Shown here piece by piece: positions 51,570-64,000 of a DNA stretch of 64,000 nucleotides (positions are counted from its first letter, which is position 1; every line of letters begins with the position of its first letter). The stretch is from Octopus vulgaris (Eukaryota): contig OX597817.1 of NCBI GenBank assembly GCA_951406725.2, forward strand, positions 102,734,001-102,798,000. The letters run 5' to 3'. The notes under the pieces were generated by a model that did not search any database, had not been told where the DNA came from, and was given only the letters and a program-made list of their open reading frames with translations. Position numbers and translations under genes: made by a program.

Positions 51570-51625
51570 ATCCTAAGTTAACTCGCAGGAGATTTGATCA
51601 AATCTCCTGCGAGTTAACTTGGGAT
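51570..51625. repeat. Spacerless palindrome with 28-bp arms (1 mismatch)
   Basis: atcctaagttaactcgcaggagatttga|tcaaatctcctgcgagttaacttgggat. Confidence 0.95.
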
Positions 51626-51662
51626 TCCTTGACGACAATGTAACCTTCATTTAACTAAGACA

Positions 51663-51748
51663 TCTTCGGCCTGATGAGTAGCTAGTGGAGTACCTCACGT
51701 GATATTACTTCCGAGCTTCTGCTCGCCAGGAAACATATGCAGTCTAGA
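51663..51748 (+). ncRNA. Degenerate hammerhead-like motif
   Basis: ggc CTGATGA ... GAAA catatg c agtc: core boxes and palindromic stem III present; stem II and cleavage triplet degraded. Confidence 0.35.
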
Positions 51749-52098
51749 ATTTATCTGCTCCATTTCCCCAGTTTGGATTTTTATTCGCATACTTAGCAAT
51801 CCCACTTGCTAACCGCGAACTCTAAAATAACTTTATTCTTTCGCTTGTTGTTTCAGTCATTGCTTCTTATTCTATTTATATCTTTAGCTGAACCGCTAAG
51901 TTGCGGGGACGGTAAACAAACCAGCACCAGTTGACAAGCAGCGGTGGAGGACAAACAGACATGCAAACGCACATACAAATATGGCCTGTTCGCTTAGTCA
52001 GCGGGGTGGCGTCATTTGAAGGCTAAAACAATGAGAAGCGCATTGTGACCAGCGATGCGTAGCAACATCTGATAGAATGGTCGTTCATGGTGTTCACG

Positions 52099-52188
<90 letters not shown>

Positions 52189-52281
52189 TTCAGCAAAAAT
52201 TTAGATTCAAAATGAATATGGTACTTAATTTAGATGCACCAGAATTTTGTATGGTGTTATTCATAAAAATCCGTGGGGTGA

Positions 52282-52501
52282 TTATAATCAAAATAAGCAA
52301 CAAGAATGACTCCGGTAATTTGGTACGGTCGTTTCGTTCTACATCATTTTATTAAATTTTTGTATTAATGGAAAACCTCTATAATTGGTTGATGAGTACT
52401 CAGCATCTTAAATCTGTTGTAATACTTACAACATTTAATAAAATGATGTAGTACGAAACGATCGTACCAAATTACCGGAGTCATTCTTGTTGCTTATTTT
52501 G

Positions 52502-52507
<6 letters not shown>
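52282..52507. repeat. Inverted repeat (about 75-bp arms), Penelope-like terminal remnant in (TA)n
   Basis: tataatcaaaataagcaacaagaatgactccggtaatttggtacg...catcattttattaaat at 52283-52357 is reverse-complemented at 52434-52507. Confidence 0.88.
52383..52473 (+). ncRNA. Type I hammerhead ribozyme motif (Penelope-type, C3U variant)
   Basis: aattgg [TTGATGA] gtact...agtac [GAAA] cgatcg [TA] ccaaatt: stem I, stem II, palindromic stem III and GUA cleavage triplet. Confidence 0.7.
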
Positions 52508-52541
<34 letters not shown>

Positions 52542-52632
52542 TAGATAGATAGATATAGATATATATATATACATACATACATACATACATACATACATAC
52601 ATACATACATACATACATACATACATACATAC

Positions 52633-53120
52633 ATACGACGGACTTCTTCCAGTTTCCCTCTACCAAATCCTCTCACGAGACTTTGGTTGGCCCGAGGGTT
52701 ATAGTAGAAGACACTTATTCAAGATGCTACGCTGTAGGACTGCACCCGGAATCATGTGGTAGAGAAGCAAACTTCTTACCACACAGCCAGCTTTTTCTAT
52801 AACCTTGAGTCAACTAAAGCCTTGTAAATGGATTTAGAATATGGAAACTGAAAGAAGCCCATCGTTTATGTACATGTGGTACTCCAGCATGACCGCAGCC
52901 GCATGGCTGAAACGCGTCTTTGTGCTTGTGCTATGTTTGTCCTCCGTCACCGCTTAACAACCAGTGTTGGCTTGTTTACGTCCCCGAAAATTAGAGGTTT
53001 GGTAAAAGAAACCGATAGAATAAGTAGGAGGCTTTTATATAAAAAAAAAAGTCCTGTGGTTGATTTATTCTTCAAGGTGCTTCCCAAACATGGCCACAGT
53101 CCAATGACTGAAACAAGAGT
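52633..53120. mobile_element. Two SINE family B pieces in divergent orientation (52633-52790 minus; 52795-53120 plus)
   Basis: gaagacactt...cttcttaccacacagcc, then aaagccttgtaaatggattt...catggccacagtccaatgactgaaacaag. Confidence 0.8.
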
Positions 53121-53282
53121 TCAAGTTGGTTGCTAACTAAACGACAAGACTTTTTGAGTTAAGAGAGTTCTCGGTGTTCGTAAATACGTGATTGAGTTGG
53201 TGCGTTGGTTGAACTGCCAATGCATACACCTAAGTGTGTGCATCAATTCACATAAGAATCTCACATTTATGTATACCATTAT

Positions 53283-53480
53283 TTAGTTTTATTTTAAGAT
53301 TTCTTGCCAATAGAGAACGAGGCAGTTTCTAAGATCCAAGTCTCCTTCATTGGAATCTTAACATTAACAGGGTATTTTTGCTTGTATGTATGTATATGTG
53401 CAGATTTATATGTTTTGTCTTATGTTTGAATCCTCATGTATATAGTTACATGTCTAGACATGCTCATATATACTTAAATG

Positions 53481-53482
<2 letters not shown>
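53283..53482 (-). mobile_element. 3' UTR copy of the R4/Dong-like family, truncated at about the stop codon
   Basis: Aligns by eye with 195-383 and runs directly into (TATG)n. Confidence 0.7.
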
Positions 53483-53511
<29 letters not shown>

Positions 53512-53675
53512 TGTATGTATGTATGTATGTATGTATGTATGTATGCATGCATGTATGTATGTATTGTAAAATCCCTGTGAATTTTACTCTACTCTCATTA
53601 TTGAGTACTCCCATCAGTAGATATTTCACTGTTTGCTTTAAAATAAAAAGATCTATTTAATATGTATATACTTGA

Positions 53676-53892
53676 AATGCGGCGGGCTGGTAGAAACGTT
53701 AACACGCCGGGCGAAATGCTTAGCGGTATTTCGTCTTACATTACGTTCTGAGTTCAAATTCCGTCAGGGTCGATTTTGTCTTTCATCCTTACGGGGTCGA
53801 TAAATTAAGTACCAGGTGCGTACTGGGTCGATCTAATCGATTGCCCCCCTCCCACAAAAAAGTTCGTGCCTTGTGCCTAGAGTAGAAAAGAA
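53676..53892 (+). mobile_element. SINE family A copy
   Basis: gcggcgggctggtagaaacgtt...gagttcaaattccg...ggggtcgataaattaagtaccag...ccttgtgcctagagtagaaaag. Confidence 0.9.
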
Positions 53893-54202
53893 TATTTATA
53901 TACTTGAGCGTGCGTGTTTGTGTTTGTCATAGCCCCAAAATCTGACTAATGAACGAGAAGAAAACTAGATAGAGTGAGTAGTTATACGGGTCAATTAATT
54001 ATAGCTTACTACATAACTTTTTAACTACATCAGAACATGACAGGAACGAAAATCAGTAGCAACCGTCAAGTAAAGCGGTCTGTAAAAATATAAATAATAA
54101 AGGTGAAGGAACAACTTTAAGATAAGATATTTAATTGCTATAGTTGAATGGATGAATGTTTTTACAACCCCACTTACCAACCTTATATAAAATTTTGAGT
54201 AA

Positions 54203-54328
<126 letters not shown>

Positions 54329-54370
54329 TGACTGCATGTGCTTGCATCTGTATGTATAAGTACATATATA

Positions 54371-55551
54371 TAGGGTGAGTCAGGTTTTGAGGTCATTTGC
54401 AGGAATTCAGAAAAAGACGCATAACTCATCAACGAAAAGCTATAATTGAAAAGAAATTGCTACAAATAATCATGAGAATCCTTTTGTCACACCTATTCAA
54501 TAAATCCACTGCTAGCATCAACGGCTGCTTCGATACGGGGTCGGAGGCCTTGAAATACCCGAATCAGATCTTTATCAATTTTTGGCATAGTGCTGGTTGT
54601 GACGGACTTGAGTGATTGCATGGTGCTATGGGAATGTTGATTGACCTAGAACTAGGAGGCCATGTGACTGCAAGAACATGATCATGGAGAGTGGCACACA
54701 TCCACACTTGGTTTACCCTAGCCTTACAGGATGGTGCATGTCATGTTGAAGACGTACAGTCTTTCATTGCGTACTCTGTCTATCTAGGGCTTCACAACTT
54801 TCTCCAACACCTCTGTGTAGACAGTGGTATTGACTCTTAAGCCTTGTAATAAAGAAAGTGCGGAGGCATAGCATTTCCCTTGTTGATGACAGCTCCCGGA
54901 ACTATCACGATAGCTGGGAACTTAGTATGCAAGACCGTTTGAATCTTATTAAGGCTTCTGCATAACCATCTATCGTTCCTTCGGTTTATGTTTTGGTCCT
55001 GATTGAAGTTTTTTCTCATCAGAGAAAACAAAAACAAAGCATTCCAGCCTCTCTCTATTTCAACTTGATTAGCAAGTGCTTTGCATGGAACGAATGATTC
55101 TCTCTGATCACATCCAACATAAACTGACCCTTCCGCATCACATACGATGTCTTCATGCACAACTCTTCTGATGGTGCATTCTGAAACCATTTGCAATGGC
55201 TCTGATTGACTTTCCGGGGTTTTTGTCGATTATTTCTTTGATTTTTGTCAAAGTTATATGTTCTGATGGCATTAGGACCCTGTGCATGCGTTTTGCGTTT
55301 TGCATTTAATTGCTGATGTTGGACCCCTGTCAGCAGCTTCCAACTCCTTCCGAGCTTTGACAACGAAGTAACGAAAAACTTTCAGGAGGCGAGCTGTGTC
55401 TGTATGCACTTCTAAGATTATGGTGTGCCTTTTCATTTACTGAGTCAACCTGTTGTCAGACATTATTTATATGAAAAGTAAGGTAAAATAAATAAGTTAG
55501 TAGAAAGTTACGATCCTTGAAAGAGATCAAAAAGCTGATGCACCCACCTTA
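54371..55551 (-). mobile_element. Tc1/mariner superfamily remnant (maT/DD37D-like)
   Basis: Motifs VSECTIRRVVHEDI, FS-DEKNFNQDQNINRRNDRWL, TKFPAIVIV.G.V...G.AMPPHF. Degenerate TA-flanked ends tagggtgagtc / gcacccacctta. Confidence 0.8.
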
Positions 55552-55781
55552 TATATGTGTGTGTGATGTATGTGTGTGTGTGTAGAGAGAGAGAGAGGGG
55601 GTGCATGTTTGTGTGTATGTGTGTGTGATGGGGGGGTGATGCAAACAGGTAAAAATAGGATTCAAAATATGAGTATGTGTAATATATTAATTAATATTTA
55701 CAAGAAGTAACAGAGTGAGTCAAGTGCCAAGAGTTTCGTGCGTTGGTTCTTAACAAACTAGTTTGATAAATGCCAATCTAA

Positions 55782-57022
55782 GTGCTGAAAAGTTCATAGG
55801 CTGACTATGAAGGAATAATGCTAGACCTATGAAATATAGCATGCGTTAATTTCGACTCTTCTTATTAATAACTGCATTGTTTCTTTCCAGGTAAACTGAC
55901 AAATGACTGTTCAAAGAAGACTTCAAAAGGGGCTAGTTGCGACTTCTCTTGAAAATCGACAAAACTTGGCATCGTGTACTTGGTATCGTGTACATCAAGT
56001 ACTTGCAGAAAAAGGATTTAGCCCCTAAGCACATTCATGCTGACATTGTTGCTACATTAGGGGATGACATTACAGCATTATCAACAGTGCATAAGAGGGC
56101 AGCTGGATTTAGGAGGGGGAGGGAGAGTTTTGAAGATGACCCAAGGTTTGGACGTCTTGCAGTTGCCACCACCAAGGAAAACATTACTTGCCTTCACCAC
56201 ATGGATAACAGGTGGTTGACTATAAATCAAATCGCCAATGCTATTAGCATATCCTGTGAGTGAGGTGAGAATATTTTGTACAATGAATTTAGCATGATGA
56301 AAGTATCTGCTCTGTGGGTGCTGCGTCTTCTGACACCCGATCAAGAGTGTCTTCTGATACCTGATTAAGAGGAAGACCTAACATTTTGGGGGCAGATCCA
56401 GCTGGGTTTCCTAACCCAGAATAAGTGTTGGCTTCATCACTTTGAGCCAGAGACAAAGAGAACGGAAACACCCCATTCTCAACTGCTGCAAAGAAGATCG
56501 AGGTCGTTTCATCTGCAAGGAAGGTGGTGGCCTCAGTTTTTTGAGGATGCAAAGAGCATTGTGTTTATTGACTATCTTCAAATGGGCCACACCTTCAATG
56601 TAGAATACAACGCCAACTTGCCGAGAATACTATGCCAATGAAAAGCTATCAAGACCAAACGGCCAGGAAAACTGACGAAACATTCTCAGGACAATGCTCC
56701 AGTACATATGTCCTTGGTTTCAGCGGCTGCTGTGCGTGACTGTGGCTTTGAACTAGTTGATCAGCCTCCCCATTCTCTTGATTTGGCCCCATCTATCATC
56801 TGTTCCCTACATTGAAAATATATTTGGCTAGGAACCAGTATCACAGTGATGATAACGTCATATCTGTTGTTGATGACATTTTTATGAAAGTTTCTTGACC
56901 AATGGAATCCAAGCACTACAACACCAATGGAAGAAGTGTGTGGACCGCAAGGGTGTCTATATTGAAAAATAAACCTTATTTGGTCACATTCCATAAGAGT
57001 ATTTTGGTAAGCCGACCCTCGT
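55782..57022 (+). mobile_element. Second copy of mariner family A, degenerate
   Basis: gctgaaaagttcatagg at left and agccgaccctcgt at right. Translation KHIHADIVATLGD...EDDPRFGR...DNRWLTINQIANAISIS, QDNAPVH, PPHSLDLAPS, with multiple stops and frameshifts. Confidence 0.9.
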
Positions 57023-57234
57023 CTGTGTGTGTGTGTCTGTGTTTGCCTGTCTGTGTGTCTGTCTGTCAGTCTGTCTGTCTGTGTGTTTGTTTGTGTGTGT
57101 GCGCGCGCGTTTATGGAGGAATGAATATATGTATATATCCATGTATGTATGCATGTACGTCCGTTCGTACGTATGTATGCATGAATGTGTGCTTTCATAC
57201 ATGCATGTATGTATGCATGCACTGCACGTACGTA

Positions 57235-59717
<2,483 letters not shown>

Positions 59718-60131
59718 TATGTATGTATGTATGTATGTATGTATGTATGTATGTATGTATGTATGTATGTATGTAGGTAGGTGTGTATGTATGTATGTAT
59801 GTATGTAGTTCATAACGGGAATAAAAACTCACCTCTACAAAATATTTAGGATGCATAATTTAATAAGGGTCGTAAGAAAAATTTTCCTTTTCTTTTTCCT
59901 CTCTTTCGCTCGTCATGTTTCACGCTTAAATTTTTTTCCTTTCGTCTCTATTTTTTCAGTTTCTGTCACACTTCTGCCTCTCTACGCCTCTATATACTGC
60001 ATATATTTTTCTTTTGGTTCAGGGACATAACTCTTTAATCCTCAAAGTTGAGTTACTACTCTTGCACTATTAACACGATTATAAATTATTTTTCAGTCGT
60101 TTTCCCGAAAGGCTTTGCGCGTGGTACTTAC

Positions 60132-60149
60132 CTCCTCCTCCTCAGCCAT
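60132..60149 (-). CDS. Candidate first coding exon (MAEEEE)
   Basis: aagATGGCTGAGGAGGAGGAG|GTAAGT: good Kozak context, consensus donor, phase 0. Unique CpG-containing sequence lies upstream (60260-60390). Confidence 0.55.
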
Positions 60150-60404
60150 CTTTGCTATCAGTAAAACGCAGAACTCAAAACTGTGTGAAATCGTGTAAAT
60201 AAGTAACTGTTTAAATTTTTTGTTTGTGCTATTATTATTAATAGTATCATGAAAGACATACCCCACTCGGCGGAGTTTCGGTTCATGACGCCAAAATAAG
60301 TTGGATTTTCTCCGTTTCGAGGGGGCACTTCTCCAATTCTTTTTTTTTTTTTTTTTTTGCGCCACGATTTTCGAAATGATGGGGGACATCTTTTTATGAA
60401 AAAC

Positions 60405-60446
<42 letters not shown>

Positions 60447-60450
<4 letters not shown>

Positions 60451-60600
60451 GACGGGGCGTCTTTCAGTTTTTGTCTATCAAATCTACTCACAAGGCTTTG
60501 GTCGGCCCGAGGTAGTAGAAGACACTTTCCCAAGGTGCCACGAAGTGGGACTGTACCCGGAAGCATGTGGTTGGGAAGAAATCTTCTTACCACACAGCTG
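60447..60600 (-). mobile_element. SINE family B 5' half
   Basis: ctttcagtt...actcacaaggctttggtcggcccgagg...gaagacactttcccaaggtgccacg...ttcttaccacacagc. Confidence 0.85.
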
Positions 60601-61239
60601 CGGGCTGGACATAGATATAATGTTATAGAAAATGTTAATAGAAAAAGAAACCTCCTCACTCCGGGCCGATTTTGGCCAATTTTTTAGCATTACGCACTAA
60701 AAAAAACCATAGGATTAGCCTTGTCATTTAAAAGAGAAAAAAAAAAATTGTAAATATTTTCAGACGGAAAGGTGTGTGATTTAAGGGAGCTTTGGCTATT
60801 GTTTCTAGCACATCCCACGACCACTTTCCCTGCTTCTTTCTTACTTTCACATGTATTGGTGTTTTCCCATGAACAGAGGGAGTGAAAAAAAATCATAAAT
60901 ATCAAAATTTTTTTTCATGTGGAGATGCCCCCCACATCATTTCGAAAGCCATTGTGAGAACAAAAATTGGAAAAATCCCCATCGAAACAGAAAATCCAAC
61001 TAAAGTGGGTGTCCTAATCCGAATTTCAGCCCCTCCTTCATTATGCACTTCTGATTTACATTGTCTACTCACAGAATCAATATACTGATAGACTGTAATA
61101 TATATATAAGTAACAAAGCTGTACAGATGAATTGACATCTGTACACCTTTGTTGCTTAGCTATATTCTGTTCACCTAACTTGGAATCTGCACTGAGGAAA
61201 TACTGTTGAAAGTACCTTTATAAAAAGTACATATCTGAA

Positions 61240-61564
61240 TTACCGAGAGCAGATATTTTCACATTTTTTATGGCTGTCTAATCTCGCAGAGAGGAAATCA
61301 ATGCAATTCCACCTGAGCTGATATGGGAGGTCATGGAGAACTTCTGGGAATGACTCCATCAATGTATTGCCAACAATGGCTGCCATTTGTCTGATTTTTT
61401 ACATGATTTTTAGAAATATAATCAGTTTTTACCTAAATAGTTGTGTTCTTTTTTTATATCCATTCAAAATGTGAGAGATCTATATACCCCACCCTGTATA
61501 TATACATACATATATATATATATGTATACACACACACATATTATAAATATACATATATACATAC

Positions 61565-61619
<55 letters not shown>

Positions 61620-62610
61620 TACTAAATGACAAGGGAACAAGAATTAAGTAATCATTATATTATATTGAGTTCTATACTAGGTTATCAATATCACTGTGCC
61701 TAAGCAAAATTTTATATACAGACTGGGTGGAAAGTAACTAGGCAGCAGAAATTACTTATAGAATGTTTAGCATCACTGAAGTCATGATGAGAATATATTT
61801 TAAATAGGCAACACTAATGGGGATTTATTTCCTTATTGTCTTATTTCTTATTTTCCAGATGACCAGTCGCTTGACTGTTCCAGCATACTATGAAGTGTGG
61901 AATTCTGTTGTTTTGTTTCAGAGATGGTAGCATGCATGGAAAAGTAAGCATGCAACACTATGTCCAGAGATTATAAAAAGTTGTCAAGCAAAGCTGATGA
62001 CCACAAGTTCTGTGAACGATGCAAGAAGTGGCCATCCAAACACATCCCAATCAGCGGAGAATGTGGCAACAGTACAGATGTTTAATTGCAGCCCTCAAAA
62101 ATCAACACATCAAGCAGTTTGTAAAAGTGGACTAACAAGACACACAATATGTACGGTGTTGCATAGAGAATTGAATTTCTATCCATGGAAACCCCATTAG
62201 ATGCAGGAGCTAAAACGTGAAGACTGTGACCACAGAATGGAACATGGAGAGTTAATGCTAGGTTGTGTTTTTTACATGCTAGGTTGTGCTTTTTACATAG
62301 CACCAGCAAAGGCAAGGTCAGTTTTGGCATGATTTTTACAGCTAGATACCCTTCCAAATGCCAACCACTTTACATGACTCTCCTTGTCATCTCAGGTGGA
62401 ATTGTGTCAATTTCCTCTCTGATCCTTTCCTTCAAATCCTCAAGAGTTCAAGGACAACGTCAGAAAACCTTTCCATTTAAGTATCCCCAAAGGAAAAAGT
62501 CACAAGGACTTAAATCCAGTGACCTTGCCGGTCACCCCATGTCTCCCCGTAAATAGATCAAACACCCAAGAAATATTTTCCCCCAACACTCCAAGTGAAT
62601 GTCATGGAGT
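61240..62610. mobile_element. Fragments of further rosa/Tc1-like transposons (mixed orientation)
   Basis: TIR-like ccccaccctgta at about 61490; plus-strand SVNDARSGHPNTSQSAENVATV...SPQKST; minus-strand RSLDLSPCDFFLWGYL at 62480-62530. Confidence 0.7.
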
Positions 62611-63021
62611 GTATATATGCATATGTATAATATGTATATGAATGACAGGCTTCTTTCCATTTCTGTCTACCATATCCAAACTTAGAAGGATTTGGTGACC
62701 ATAAAAATATGCTGTATAGCATTGTAAAATAAAATGAAATAAATTTTGAGGAGGTACCAGTCTCTATATTCTCTATCATTATAATACAACCATCTAGTGA
62801 AGCAAACAGAATTGTCTGTCAGAGGAATTTACAGCATGAATGATAAGTCCTAGTAGTCATTGATGTTAAAGATTAATTGATGCAGTTAGCCTTAACCTGG
62901 AGCATAACTGAGAGCTACCACAGTATCCACCCAGTTAATATATCCCTCTAAACTCACTTATGTATATATGTACTGGCGGTACTCCAACATTGCCTCAGCC
63001 TTAGGCTTGAAACATGTAAAA

Positions 63022-63061
<40 letters not shown>

Positions 63062-64000
63062 CCATTTGTAGAAACCATGTCAAATCAAACGGAAACTTGA
63101 CGCAGCTCTCTGGCTCATCAGCTCTAGTCAAACCATCAAACCTATGCCAGCATGGAGAGTGGGAGTTAAATGATAATGATGATGATGCTCATTGAGCAGT
63201 ATATTGCTAGTTATAGCATGTACGTAATCAGAATGGTATTATTGTTGGTTTCATGCTAACTGCTGCACTTAGGTAAAAGACTCTTTTATACTAGAGATAT
63301 GTATGTGTCTTGGTGTTGGTGAAAAGAAATGGAATGAAGTATAGTAAAAAATTTTACATTTTTCTGAGGAAAAGAATAGTTATTTCCCATGGGTTGGTTG
63401 AAGCCATGGGTGAAGCACATAAACTGTGTGTATATGTGTATGTATGCATTCATGTCCCTTGTCCCAGGATGAACCTGGCAACATTTTGAAAACAAATTTT
63501 CACTCATGAGGGCAGCATCTAAAAATTTGAGAAAAGTACCCGGATTATGTGAATTTTTAAGAATGACTCTCCACCAAACAGAATCTGCATCATCTACTTC
63601 CATTCAGATATGTTCCACAACCAACAGTAGCATTCTGACTAGTTATATGCCATAACTAGTAATACACTTCTCAATGACATGTAACAAAAAATAACCACTC
63701 CATAACTCATATTGTGGGTTTCTTTCTTATTTATGGACAACAAACTGATAATTTGCAGGCTCCCTGTGTCACAGAGCATGTTACAATAGGTCACCACATA
63801 GTTTTGTTTTATAGTAGCTTCTCTGGCTATGAAGTTATCATAGTCACAAAAAGACTTGCATTACATTCCCTTTGCAGATATAAAAATATACAACCTTGGA
63901 TACTCAACCATGTACATACCCACACCAACAAACTCTACACAAGGATGCTTCTAGAGAAAACCATCACACCAAGCAGCAGCAGCATCCTGTGAATTTTAAG

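Larger units (their letters stand above)
51446..52105 (+). repeat. Two copies (51446-51570, 51982-52105) of a 125-bp repeat ending in TA repeats
   Basis: tggcctg.tcgcttagtcagc.gggtggcgtcatttgaa...cacggtgatata; the second copy runs into a long (TA)n. Confidence 0.8.

Noticed and set aside
63286-63992. ORFs at the window end
   Set aside because: No recognisable family or consistent splice signals; probably decayed transposon sequence

Overview
AT-rich, microsatellite-dense animal genomic DNA with no prokaryotic features. The SINE repertoire and repeat landscape suggest an octopus or other coleoid cephalopod (inference, not database-checked). The only complete gene is an intronless-CDS STEAP-family metalloreductase (25895-27286, +), preceded by a splice acceptor. 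Three phase-compatible minus-strand exon candidates (60149-60132, 42805-42583, 2004-1886) could form a large gene for a single-pass membrane protein, which would place STEAP in an intron on the opposite strand. The rest is a layered record of transposons: mariner, maT-like and rosa-like Tc1/mariner elements, hAT and foldback MITEs, Helitrons, an Academ-like remnant, Penelope-like fragments with hammerhead-ribozyme motifs, R4/Dong, CR1 and L1/Tx1 LINE pieces, LTR-like repeats and three tRNA-derived SINE families. Several nested insertions can be resolved to the base. Most ORFs in the supplied track are microsatellite artefacts. I see no clearly novel multi-gene system; the best leads are the nested-gene architecture, the hammerheads and the microsatellite-associated retroelements.
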